From a virus (Duplodnaviria; Caudoviricetes), in the IMG/VR virus record IMGVR_UViG_3300032047_000013, positions 1 to 60,422 of that record: a DNA stretch of 60,422 bases; one strand, given 5' to 3'. Below the pieces are notes generated by a model. It had not been told where the DNA came from. It saw only the letters and a program-made list of their open reading frames with translations, and did no database searches. Positions 27,001 to 35,638 of the stretch are shown here, one piece after another. Positions within the stretch are counted from its first letter, which is position 1. Each line of letters begins with the position of its first letter. The position numbers and the translations under genes were made by a program.

Positions 27001-29625
27001 TTTATCGTTGAGTCTTCCCTCAAGAGTCCCGTGCTGACCATTGCTGTTTTTAATGACCACATCCGCTGAAAACTCAAAATCATCCTTCCACGCTCCATAC
27101 AGTGCGTCACTTCCAGAATAAACATACCACTTTCCTATGGCTGTGGGGCCATCACCACCCTGAACCCTTCCGTTGTTTAGTATTCCAAGCTGCTCCCTTG
27201 GAGTTCCGCTGTTATCCTCAAGAGTGTTAGTTACTGACGTGTCGGTGTACGTTTGATATGAAACGTAGGTGCCGTCACTTTTTTTAACTCCAAGACCATT
27301 GCTAGCGGGGTGAGCTATGTTTGAGTTTGGCACATTGTTCCCGCTTACTGTTTTTGCAACAGGCCACCTGTAAGTAAAACTTCCGTCTTCAACCCTTCCT
27401 ACGCAAAAAGGCATAAGAGGAGTAGAGTAATAACTCCAGTTACTCAGTGTTTCCCATTCGTCGTTTGGATCCCAATCCACAGTGTCTGGATCAAGGTTCC
27501 CCTCCTCGTCTGCAAACCCATTGAAGTAAACCTCACCCTTTCTCCATTCAAAGGAATCTCCTTGGGTCCAGCTACCCTGAGATGGAAAAGAAATCATGTC
27601 TTTTCCGTTGCCGCTCATTTGAGCGGAAATGGTCTGAAGTCCAAGCCCCTCCTTTGGAGAAGGAATACATGTAAGTATGTTTTCAAACAAAGCACTTCTG
27701 TAGTATCCGTCTGGCTTAGATCCACTAAACAGCCCGCTATCAAAGTCTGAGCCGTTAGGAAAATCAAAGCTTTTGAGCTTAAACTTATAAAACAAGCTAT
27801 CCGAGTATGGGTTAGTTCCTCCGCTGCCAAAAAGAGGATCGTCTGAAGAGCTTTGAGTGCCCTGAACTTTGGATATTTTGAGGGAGTATTTGGCTCTATT
27901 TACAATGTAGTATGCAATAGGGTGGTTCCCGAACCCCCCAAAAGTTGTGGTCCATCCTCCAAGTTCTCCGTTGGGGGATGCACCGCCTTCAGATCCTCCA
28001 ATTCCACAGACCAAGTCCGCTAGATCAGAATCAGCGTCAAAGCTGTCCTTTGAGTCTAACCCAAGGTCTACAATAAGGTCCACAACGGCCTCTCCTGTTT
28101 CTAATGCTGGAGAGTCAAATACCTCTACATCATCTTCGCTTAGGTTGACAATGGACCCATCATACGACCCAGTAGATACTATTTGGTCGAATAGCGCCAT
28201 AAATGAGTCTCTTGGCAGCTCTACCGTTGTTCTAAAGGCAATCCTAAAGGATATTAGTCTCGATTGAACAATAACTGGGTTGGCTGGGGAGCTACCTATT
28301 TTTGCTTGCCACGCTGAATCACCTTCGGCTCTATTTATGTGACCAACCTGGGCTATGTTGTTTAGCTTTGTCTTTGAGTTAAAGTGCCCAAAGGCATTAT
28401 CTTTATCTCCTATGTATGGTACTCCAGCGCCGTTGCCAGAAAGATCATTGCTCTGAGGGGCAAAAGTGCTTAAGTGTCCAACGGCATTAGGAATGGTGCC
28501 TCCAAATTCCGAGAAAAAATTAGATGCCTGGGCGCTATTTATATTGCCCTGACTGTCCATGAATGGCCACGGGGTTCCAGCAGAGCCATTAAAATACCCG
28601 AAACCAGTAGGGTAGTAGGATTGAGATGAAAAAAAGTGAAGGTTTCGTTTTGGGCGAACATTAACCCTTATGTCATACAATCCAGCCTCCCCCGTCTCTT
28701 CTGGAAGGTTTGAGAAGTTTAAATGAAAGGTTGAGTGAACTTGCTTCCCTATGTTTGTGGTCCCTGTCTCAGGAGTCGCTCCACGAGCATATTCCCCAAG
28801 AGTCTGATCCATTCCCAACTCTATCTCGCCACCGACAAGATTTTCTCTTTTCTCGTTGAAAATGACAGTTGACCTTGATACAGGCTGAACCTGATCAAAG
28901 TTTTCCGTATAGTCTCCATACATCATTCTTTCTCCAACAACAGACTGAGTACCAGCCTTTTGAGGAACACTATCAAAGTTTTTATTTAGGGTTGCAGTTG
29001 ACAACACCCCATAAGTTTTGTCGTTTCTGAACCTATACGTAAGGGTTTCCAGATCCCACTCCTCTATAGACTGATTAACTTTTAGAGATACCTCATCTAT
29101 AATTTTTAAAACTCCACCATTGCCCTCCCTGAAAAGAATCCTTACTCTTATGGCTTCATTACCAATATCAGGTATGTTTATATCTGCGGCGTTCTCAAGA
29201 TCAATAACAGAGACTGAGTTCACCCCTATGCCAAACAAGGCTGTAGGGTACTCCACGTCCGACAAGGGTGATATTGCACTAACAAAACCGTCATTATAAA
29301 CAGCTTGATAGCAAAATTGAAATCCATTAGAACCCTTGAACCTGCTAGGGACTGGGAGGCCAGACGAAATGTCTGTTTCGGTGTCCCATGTTACAGATGG
29401 AGAAATCATAGGGACCCTTGTGCAGGCATCCATAAAGTCTTTTAAATCTTGAGATGAGGATTCATATCCAGTAGCATTCCCTGTAAACTCAGTATCTCCC
29501 TCTATAGACCTTCTTATGTTTATTCTCCTGGGCTCGTTATGACCATCGGTAAAAGCCAAAACGATGTCAACCTCTTCATCAGAGCCAACAAAAGGCGTGA
29601 TGTCTTTATTCTTCTGATAAGCCAT
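24034..29625 (-). CDS. tail stabilisation/muzzle protein, main part (crAss-like)
   Basis: FTDGHNEPRRINI, FQFCY..Y.DG..SAISP, VPQKA..Q..VGERMMYGDY, FGIVYYDNKGR, YGKI, FGTSGHPES, W.TFYSF, EKEG.FY motifs. Confidence 0.8.
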   Translation of the reverse strand: MAYQKNKDITPFVGSDEEVDIVLAFTDGHNEPRRINIRRSIEGDTEFTGNATGYESSSQDLKDFMDACTRVPMISPSVTWDTETDISSGLPVPSRFKGSNGFQFCYQAVYNDGFVSAISPLSDVEYPTALFGIGVNSVSVIDLENAADINIPDIGNEAIRVRILFREGNGGVLKIIDEVSLKVNQSIEEWDLETLTYRFRNDKTYGVLSTATLNKNFDSVPQKAGTQSVVGERMMYGDYTENFDQVQPVSRSTVIFNEKRENLVGGEIELGMDQTLGEYARGATPETGTTNIGKQVHSTFHLNFSNLPEETGEAGLYDIRVNVRPKRNLHFFSSQSYYPTGFGYFNGSAGTPWPFMDSQGNINSAQASNFFSEFGGTIPNAVGHLSTFAPQSNDLSGNGAGVPYIGDKDNAFGHFNSKTKLNNIAQVGHINRAEGDSAWQAKIGSSPANPVIVQSRLISFRIAFRTTVELPRDSFMALFDQIVSTGSYDGSIVNLSEDDVEVFDSPALETGEAVVDLIVDLGLDSKDSFDADSDLADLVCGIGGSEGGASPNGELGGWTTTFGGFGNHPIAYYIVNRAKYSLKISKVQGTQSSSDDPLFGSGGTNPYSDSLFYKFKLKSFDFPNGSDFDSGLFSGSKPDGYYRSALFENILTCIPSPKEGLGLQTISAQMSGNGKDMISFPSQGSWTQGDSFEWRKGEVYFNGFADEEGNLDPDTVDWDPNDEWETLSNWSYYSTPLMPFCVGRVEDGSFTYRWPVAKTVSGNNVPNSNIAHPASNGLGVKKSDGTYVSYQTYTDTSVTNTLEDNSGTPREQLGILNNGRVQGGDGPTAIGKWYVYSGSDALYGAWKDDFEFSADVVIKNSNGQHGTLEGRLNDKHNFSGSYTFRPRHPVHWLPYPYEVTAEEQENTGSLELRGYGFAWLTKFETLDIRENALDDDGTYSFSVIDGDAGPGGRSQASYSSEVVRSYNPGDEFGGEATGDSLPVSNRRGSVWNTTMIGVVDNLPYLNIDKTFMLPSDDEFENSDLSAGGFEDVGNIVSIITDSGDIDYSFKTNDVHNFGIVYYDNKGRASSVFPLDSAFVPGYSDSERSSIQNYSQEGQANGRGSVDVEIELFHPMPTWAESWRIVYGGASSTRRFTQMVSGGAFVEKGSNGNQDDSIYVSMNYLQGSKISYTKAFGARDQDTLEPTLYRFSEGDKVRIISSFSDDENVAYHPRTFVFDVMGTKEISSEEDNPLVGGEDDFDAKIKRTGSFLVLRNNINAHGFDAASVLNQVDKWGNRCVFEIVTEKSDLDEDLLPYFETSARGIKSALSHLPDKIRVTKGDVFFRAVPQNAREYNAATSEFIDLIEGDNTTEEDKSKSRFRGFFMESNSVTDLYRSKSKSYGRIHYVNRDSGETRNEASIIFGEKNSSETFRPSIFSFPSSANFYDLPKRYGKIDYMAEVGNRLVAIQDSKVSDVFVNKSITSTADGVENLALSSNVLQNHQGYANDFGTSGHPESVTIVDNDVYFADTDNRVVVRVSGKSIEEISNNKMRGFFRDFLKTPEDPVSFKVVTGYNPVNRELIISRGSSMSTNLGSNLSQFTDTYWNLDSTNHNTVAFNAAGDPYWKTFYSFDSLDYSFVNESFLSSKNQIDGDSFFYEHNKNDLPNRFHGYDFVSHFRSVFNDNGATVHAYKSSFIEGDEQWSLKFETDNEKASLTSFTEKEGTFYSDLPRSELGGSSNIKSVGILSSMTLTQQSSPGELVPLTFLLSNSSDYTFNVGESVDISVGIENQITSMSSLPNVEVVFVKSIKENIIEASIQYSEGFIATDFFDDINGRDVIIVSDPNYYGDQLRDKYLIVDAAIPKTNGALLSIGVDSMPSNLDSSM

Positions 29626-31634
29626 TATTTACCTAATTTGATATTCCTTTTAGACTCAGTAATTTTTCTTCTTACTGATTCCTCCTTGGTTTCTGTAGAT
29701 GAAGATTCACCCCCTTCTGAGGAGTTATCTTCGTTGATGTCTATTTGGGGGTCCTCTATTTGCTCTACGTTTACTTCAATTAAAGCGGGAGCAGATACAA
29801 TTCTGCCTTCTACTCCACAGCTAGATAGAGACTCAAAACAGTAGGGAACTACGTCCGAAATGTAATCGCCGCTGTCATAAGACATAAAACATGTGTCAGA
29901 CTCGTAACCGCTTATGTCTGTAAAAAACTCTCCGTCTGTATCCTTTGCGCTTACCTCAAAAGTTCTGTAAGCCACCAAAACCGCTCCGTAATTCTCTATT
30001 GTGACTTCGTCTGAGATTTTTTTGTTTTCAGTTTTCTTGCTCCACATAAACGAACCGCTAACGGGGCTTTCATCAAGAACCTCGTTGTCTATTTCGGTGC
30101 TAGAGTTTATGCTAAAGTAAAATCCATTTTTGGCTCTCATCGTGCCACACGAACTCAATCTAGATGGAATGGAAAACCTAAACTTACTGGTAAGGAATGG
30201 CCCAGATGGGTCATAAACATACTGTGTTGAACTAGGAATTGTTTGAGTGTCTCCGCTTTTAAAGTCAATAACTTTTACGTATGGAGTTCCATCAAATGAT
30301 GATTGGTAGATATCTGATATACAGTTAGGTAGCTCAAGAACCTGTATTGTGTTTGAGGGGATTCCATTTCCCACTAGGAAGCTCCACTGAGCAAGAGCTT
30401 CTGACTGAGATGGAAACACATCGAAGCCCTGATAGCTTTCTATTTCTGTTCCTGGGCAATAATAAATGTATACGGTTCCACTAATGTCGTCGTCGTCGTC
30501 ACCTCCTCCAAAGCCTGATCCTACGTCTCCTTCATCAAATCTACCAGCGGTAAACGCTCCATCGTTGTATTGCTGAGACAAAAAGAAAGCGTTCCATTCT
30601 TCTGTTAAAGACATGTCAAGCTCTACAAGAGCTGTGGTAAATCTGTCTTTTACGTACCCTGTACTGGATATACTTGAATTTATGATGTCTATCTCAGTGT
30701 CTCCAGTTAAGAATTCAATCGTAGCTTCTTTTATCGAAACGGACCTGCCAAACAGCCTGATTTCATCTGCCTCAGATAGGTCAGAAGGCGTAGAGTAATT
30801 TGTTATGCTGTATTGATCTTCTGAAGAAAGAATTTCATCTACATACACTTCGGTTGAAATGTCGCTTTCAGAGTTAAGGGTCTGCACAAATGAGTAGCTA
30901 AGAGTCGCATCAGGCTGTTCCCAAATGCTTGCAGAAAAATGAACGTCGTCAATAGCCTGAGCAACCCACCCCCCATGTACGTTTTCCCTAATTTGACAAT
31001 CAAAATCAAGTTGATAGCTTTGATTTAATAGATCGGACTTAGTCCGCCCGACAAAAAACCCAGATGACTGAAATCTCAGTTTTGCTGTATACTCACCAAC
31101 CCCAATGCTTGATGCGCTAAAGCCCTCATTCTCTGCCTCTATGGACATGTCTACAGCCAAATCAAAATTCATTTTGACCGACTCATATACTACTGGTGGC
31201 TCTTCTGGCTCTGGCACATTTATGATAGCCTCTAGGTCTTCAGGAACCCTTCTTAGCCTAAGGACATCCGCCTTAACAAATCCATTTTCAGGGAATGCAA
31301 GAGAGCTATCCTTAAATACAATCCTGTATGTTTTTTTCTTGGAGCTGTATGCCGCTATAAAGTGCTCGTTATTTGAGTTGTGCACAAAGTAGTATATAAC
31401 TCCTAGCTGATCGTCAGAAACGCTCCCTATGACGCTGTTTAGACCCTCAGGGAGGGTCATTGATTCATCAGAGAAAGGAACGGGAGAGTTCCCAGGAGCG
31501 GATCTAACCAATCCGTCCTGATTTTGTAAGCTACTGTCTACCTCGATATTTAGAGAGGAAAGGGTTTCTCCTGGCTTAAGAAGCAGCTTATCATCATCTC
31601 TGTTAATAGACCTTGGTGATACCTTCTTCTTCAT
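29625..31634 (-). CDS. tail stabilisation/muzzle protein, N-terminal part plus an extension
   Basis: INRDDD.LL..GE..SLNI..G.V...PGN..VIGS..D...IYYFV resembles the N-terminus of crAss-like stabilisation proteins. Confidence 0.65.
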   Translation of the reverse strand: MKKKVSPRSINRDDDKLLLKPGETLSSLNIEVDSSLQNQDGLVRSAPGNSPVPFSDESMTLPEGLNSVIGSVSDDQLGVIYYFVHNSNNEHFIAAYSSKKKTYRIVFKDSSLAFPENGFVKADVLRLRRVPEDLEAIINVPEPEEPPVVYESVKMNFDLAVDMSIEAENEGFSASSIGVGEYTAKLRFQSSGFFVGRTKSDLLNQSYQLDFDCQIRENVHGGWVAQAIDDVHFSASIWEQPDATLSYSFVQTLNSESDISTEVYVDEILSSEDQYSITNYSTPSDLSEADEIRLFGRSVSIKEATIEFLTGDTEIDIINSSISSTGYVKDRFTTALVELDMSLTEEWNAFFLSQQYNDGAFTAGRFDEGDVGSGFGGGDDDDDISGTVYIYYCPGTEIESYQGFDVFPSQSEALAQWSFLVGNGIPSNTIQVLELPNCISDIYQSSFDGTPYVKVIDFKSGDTQTIPSSTQYVYDPSGPFLTSKFRFSIPSRLSSCGTMRAKNGFYFSINSSTEIDNEVLDESPVSGSFMWSKKTENKKISDEVTIENYGAVLVAYRTFEVSAKDTDGEFFTDISGYESDTCFMSYDSGDYISDVVPYCFESLSSCGVEGRIVSAPALIEVNVEQIEDPQIDINEDNSSEGGESSSTETKEESVRRKITESKRNIKLGK

Positions 31635-32368
31635 ACCTTAGTGCTCAACTTAAAGTTTTTTCTAATCACTTGGAACACGTCCTCCTTAGCAAAGGACTTC
31701 ATCCTTGAATTAGCTTTTCTTCTTTCGTTGTAGTACTCCTGCCTAGCTCTTTGTTTTTCACCCTGAGGTACGCTAGACTTTCTTTCAATCAGCTTGTAGT
31801 ATATGTATAGCCTCAGAGCCTCTTCAGCGAACACATGGACACTTGGGTCTTCAGACCTGGCTTCGTCAGCTATGTATTCTACAGCTACTTTTTTGTGATC
31901 CATAGAAGAGTTAAACTCTAGTCTGTTTTGATCTAAATTCACTTTGTAAAAGCCAGGTCTGTAGCCACCCCCTACTCCGTAGAGAACGCCGTGCTCTCCA
32001 TTATGGATGAAGTTCCTAAAAACAAAATCGTCGTGATATGAGTCTGGATCAATAGTAGAGAGGCCACTTGAGGGCTCTTTAGTGATGTTGTTGTTTTTAG
32101 AGAACGTAATCACCTGACCTTCGTCAGAAACAAGTCCAACCTTTGTGATACTAACAAAATCGTCAGGAAGTACCGCAGTGTTGTTCTCTTTTACGTCGAT
32201 AGTTTTAGACTTTATAACCTTTAACATGTCAAAGCCCATATCCCTAATGCCCCTCAAGGCGTTATTCCTGATAATAGATTCTGATGTGCCATAGATGTAG
32301 TCTTCGGCATCAATACCCATCATGAATTCCTTCACAATGTCCTTGATTGTTACAGTGTTTTGAGCCAT
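31631..32368 (-). CDS. tail ring/tubular structural protein
   Basis: RGIRDMGFD..LPDDFVSITKV..LEF..VEYIAD..VHVFAEEALRLYIYY..RRKANSR. Confidence 0.7.
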   Translation of the reverse strand: MAQNTVTIKDIVKEFMMGIDAEDYIYGTSESIIRNNALRGIRDMGFDMLKVIKSKTIDVKENNTAVLPDDFVSITKVGLVSDEGQVITFSKNNNITKEPSSGLSTIDPDSYHDDFVFRNFIHNGEHGVLYGVGGGYRPGFYKVNLDQNRLEFNSSMDHKKVAVEYIADEARSEDPSVHVFAEEALRLYIYYKLIERKSSVPQGEKQRARQEYYNERRKANSRMKSFAKEDVFQVIRKNFKLSTKV

Positions 32369-33057
32369 TACGTTTTGTTATCCTCTATTGTCCCATAAGA
32401 CTGAACCGTCTGATCTTTTAGATTGACCCCAATCATCTTTGAAATTTTATAAACAAGCTCATCTTCATACTGCCTTGGCAGCTCAAAGTTTACAGAAAGA
32501 GAGGAGTCAAAAACTTCAACTCTCCCAGACAGGGACTCAAAGTATTTTATCTGATAGGACGGAGAGTTTGGCGTCCTGTAATAAGACAAGTTTATTCTGC
32601 TCACACTTGTCGGAAACACAGAAATGCTTTTACCAAACAAGGCTACAGGAAACTCTTCAGTAGGAGCACTTAAAGAACTTTCTAAAATTCTGTTTGCCTG
32701 CTCCTCGTCATATATTACGTCAGCTTGAGTTGCTGGTACGGTCTTGGTAGAAACAGAAACTAAAGAATACAAATTGTCTGGATACGAAAAAACTCCGCTA
32801 CTCTTTGAGAGGGAGGCCTTTTCCATAAACCGAGAAAGGTCTGATTTGTTTCTCTTCACAAAAGACAATCCGTACTCTGGGTCTAACCTGGCCCTTTTTA
32901 TCTTTTTCGCATCAAGCGTTTCTAGAAAAATCTCTTTAAAAATGTCTTGTTGAGCAAGGGTCGCAAAAGAATTAAACATTTCAAACGTCACAAAGCCCTT
33001 CTGGTCCTTATTGGCCAGATTTTTTACAGACTCGTATACCCTTTGTACGCTTATCAT
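32368..33057 (-). CDS. tail ring/adaptor structural protein
   Basis: MISVQRVY..V..LANKDQKGFVT..FN.FA..AQ; PTEEFP; YYRTP; FELP..LV.KI..GV. Confidence 0.7.
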   Translation of the reverse strand: MISVQRVYESVKNLANKDQKGFVTFEMFNSFATLAQQDIFKEIFLETLDAKKIKRARLDPEYGLSFVKRNKSDLSRFMEKASLSKSSGVFSYPDNLYSLVSVSTKTVPATQADVIYDEEQANRILESSLSAPTEEFPVALFGKSISVFPTSVSRINLSYYRTPNSPSYQIKYFESLSGRVEVFDSSLSVNFELPRQYEDELVYKISKMIGVNLKDQTVQSYGTIEDNKT

Positions 33058-33073
33058 AGCTAATGATTTGAGA

Positions 33074-33081
33074 CAAATATA
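33074..33081 (-). promoter_or_regulatory. -7 element TATATTTG
   Basis: Intergenic, upstream of ATG 33057. Confidence 0.7.
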
Positions 33082-33083
33082 CG

Positions 33084-33108
33084 AAAAAGGCCAGCACTGG
33101 GCTGGCCT
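33084..33108 (-). terminator. Rho-independent terminator
   Basis: AGGCCAGC/GCTGGCCT 8-bp stem followed by a T5 run on the minus strand, after ORF 33134-33973. Confidence 0.75.
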
Positions 33109-33133
33109 CTCTCTCTAAGCTGTAACGCTGAGA

Positions 33134-33973
33134 TTATGCTAGACGCTCAAGTCTCTCTTCTAGAGAGCCAAGAACGGATGATCCTTTCTCGGTCAGGCAA
33201 AACCTAGTCAATACATCAGAGGACTTTTGACCAACTGGGGTTGATACAATAAGGCCGTTTGAGTCAAACCAGTAAGCTCCGTCTTGACGCAAGTCAATGA
33301 TCTGATACTCAGACGCTTGGGTAATAATGCTTCTTGCAGCAACCTGAGGCGAGTCAAAAGCCTTGATAAACTCAGAAGGCTTCTTCTTTGCAATCTTCAA
33401 TAGATCATATCGGATGTCCGATGTGCTTCTGTCTATGTTTAGGCCATAGTAAATGGCGACAGGGAGAAGCTCCTGAATGTCCTTGTCTCTAACAGCGGAA
33501 ATGGCTTCAACTTGACCAAATTCCTTTGCAAGGATATCCTCAGCCTTCTTGGTCTCATTGACGAGGTTGAAAGTGGTTCCCCCGTTAGACATGTTTTGAG
33601 GGTGGTTCTCTAGGAACTTACGAAGGTTTGGCTTCTCCTTGGGGACCATAAGCTTTCCGTTTCGGAAGATTACGGCCTCTTTCTTTGCGTTTTCGCTTTG
33701 CTCGTCAACCCAAATAGAGTTCTCGTTAGGACAATAGCGCATTTGGCGAACCTGATCCTTCTCTTTGTCAAATACAGTGATTCCTCTCTGCTGGATCATG
33801 AAAGCGATACCACCATTCTTTGGAATCTCCCACATGGTGTGTTCAAGCTCTACTTCCTTTCGGAGGATAGGAGCCTTCTTCTTAGCTTTTACTTGAGGCT
33901 CTGGAGCTTCTACGATAGCTTCAGATGAGGCCTTTTTGGGGCGGCCTGGGGCCCGTCTTGTTTGTTGTGACAT
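33134..33973 (-). CDS. conserved structural/head-associated protein
   Basis: RQMRYCPNENSIWVDEQ..IF.NG.L.VP..L.KFL..HP motif; located after the capsid cluster. Confidence 0.6.
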   Translation of the reverse strand: MSQQTRRAPGRPKKASSEAIVEAPEPQVKAKKKAPILRKEVELEHTMWEIPKNGGIAFMIQQRGITVFDKEKDQVRQMRYCPNENSIWVDEQSENAKKEAVIFRNGKLMVPKEKPNLRKFLENHPQNMSNGGTTFNLVNETKKAEDILAKEFGQVEAISAVRDKDIQELLPVAIYYGLNIDRSTSDIRYDLLKIAKKKPSEFIKAFDSPQVAARSIITQASEYQIIDLRQDGAYWFDSNGLIVSTPVGQKSSDVLTRFCLTEKGSSVLGSLEERLERLA

Positions 33974-33997
33974 AAAATTAAATTAAAAGAATTATTG

Positions 33998-34005
33998 CAA
34001 ATATA
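33998..34005 (-). promoter_or_regulatory. -7 element TATATTTG
   Basis: Followed by an AT-rich leader to ATG 33973. Confidence 0.7.
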
Positions 34006-34006
34006 A

Positions 34007-34105
34007 TCAACTTTCTCCTGGGTCAAGAAGCTGTATTATTTCGTTAATCTTGTCTATAATCTCCGCCTGAGTTGCAGAGTCAGAAAGAGCAGATATAAGG
34101 TCCAT
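34007..34105 (-). CDS. 32-aa helical peptide (not in ORF track)
   Basis: MDLISALSDSATQAEIIDKINEIIQLLDPGES*; TGATG-coupled to the collagen-like gene. Confidence 0.55.
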   Translation of the reverse strand: MDLISALSDSATQAEIIDKINEIIQLLDPGES

Positions 34106-35139
34106 CAGGTTATAATTGAAAGGTCTATAAGCATGTACTGAAGCGCAGTTGATGAAATCGTTTGCGCGTCCATCGCAAGTGTTACAAAAACGTAATTTCC
34201 AGCAGTAACACTGGAAGTGGTCGTCATGCTTTCAGTTTTTGCATGATTTGTAAGGCCAGTAGTTATGGCGGTAACGGCTCTAAGCGTACAGGTCACGTAA
34301 CCAAATGAGGAAGTATCGTCGGCTGAAAACTCCCACAACTGTAGGTAATAGGGCAAGGATTGTGAAGATGAGTTTGCTGGCCTGTGAATCGCATCAAGTT
34401 TAATCTTACCCGTGACAGGAACCCTTGTGGCTGCGTAATACTGATTTGCTCTGGCTATACTGGTCGTGGTCGTGTCTACGGTTCCACCCCCAGAAGTCGT
34501 GATGCCCAGGAGAGTACTCCAAAAATTGTAGTTAGTTCCGTAAATCCCTCCAGCAAGAATCATGACGGAATCTTGAGAGGTGGTGTGCTGAAATCTACCA
34601 GAATAACTATTCAAGGGAAGGATCCTATCTTGATAAGCTAGATCGTAGTCAGTGGCAGAAGCTTTTACTAGTATCTGACCACCAGTACCTCCAGTAATTA
34701 AGCCCTGCCCATCAGCACCATTTGTGCCGTTTGTTCCGTTTGTCCCGTCGGCACCATCGGCACCTGCAGCTCCAGTTGGACCCGTCGGCCCTGTTGCCCC
34801 AGCGGGTCCAGTCGTAATACTAGGACTCTCTGTGGTCGTAATGCTTGTGATGCCTGTGACGTCTGTAGTATGAAACTTTCCAGGAGTCGAGGAGGCATCG
34901 TACCTCATGATATCAGCCTTCCCTGCGGTGATCTGATTTGTAATGCGGCTAACCACATCATTTGCTTTGCCGCTGGAGACGGTAAGGACAACCGATATTG
35001 TGGCATCCTTACCGCCTCTTTTGGCATCGAAGTACATAGTAACAGTAGTGTCACTCGTGTACTCAGCATGAGAAAAGGAATCCACGGGGATGACCGCAGA
35101 TTCCGTAGCAGATTTTATGAAAAGAAAATTCCTTTTCAC
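34105..35139 (-). CDS. collagen-like fibre/decoration protein
   Basis: GPAGATGPTGPTGAAGADGADGTNGTNGTNGADG repeats; GG.GGQILVKASATDYD. Confidence 0.75.
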   Translation of the reverse strand: MKRNFLFIKSATESAVIPVDSFSHAEYTSDTTVTMYFDAKRGGKDATISVVLTVSSGKANDVVSRITNQITAGKADIMRYDASSTPGKFHTTDVTGITSITTTESPSITTGPAGATGPTGPTGAAGADGADGTNGTNGTNGADGQGLITGGTGGQILVKASATDYDLAYQDRILPLNSYSGRFQHTTSQDSVMILAGGIYGTNYNFWSTLLGITTSGGGTVDTTTTSIARANQYYAATRVPVTGKIKLDAIHRPANSSSQSLPYYLQLWEFSADDTSSFGYVTCTLRAVTAITTGLTNHAKTESMTTTSSVTAGNYVFVTLAMDAQTISSTALQYMLIDLSIIT

Positions 35140-35147
35140 TTTAGTTA

Positions 35148-35576
35148 TTAGTCAGATGCAGTGTTTGCGGTGCTATCCGCGAATGCTACAAATTCTCCAT
35201 CAGCGTCCATCACAGCGTACCTATCAGCAGAGAGTCCATCACCAGAAGACTGGGTTTGGGGTACTCTCATAAGAGATATGGTTTCTGCAACGTCCAAGAA
35301 GAATGCTTGACCTCCAGCAAGTGTTACCTTAACTTCAGAGTTGGCTCCGACACCTCCAGCGTTTAAGCTTCCAGCAATAAGCTTGAAAACATATCCGACT
35401 GGCACGTCTCTGAGCTCAACATTTACAACGACGGCGGCATCTCCAGCGTCAGCCTTTCCGTCAGATTGAAGTGTAATAACCTGAGCTTCGATATCAGCTT
35501 TTTGTGATGCAGCCACGAGCTTACCAATAGTTTGAGCAAGCTTGACTGGGTAGATTTTATGAAATCCGTTATTCAT
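35148..35576 (-). CDS. putative capsid-associated protein
   Basis: Directly downstream of the major capsid gene. Confidence 0.5.
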   Translation of the reverse strand: MNNGFHKIYPVKLAQTIGKLVAASQKADIEAQVITLQSDGKADAGDAAVVVNVELRDVPVGYVFKLIAGSLNAGGVGANSEVKVTLAGGQAFFLDVAETISLMRVPQTQSSGDGLSADRYAVMDADGEFVAFADSTANTASD

Positions 35577-35597
35577 GTTTATCAGGTTATGAAGTTA

Positions 35598-35623
35598 GAG
35601 CGAGGGCCCGAAAGCCCTCACTC
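35598..35623 (-). terminator. stem-loop after the major capsid gene (terminator or mRNA stabiliser)
   Basis: GAGTGAGGGC-TTTCGG-GCCCTCGCTC on the minus strand; no strong U-tract. Confidence 0.55.
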
Positions 35624-35638
35624 ATCACCTCAGGTTAA

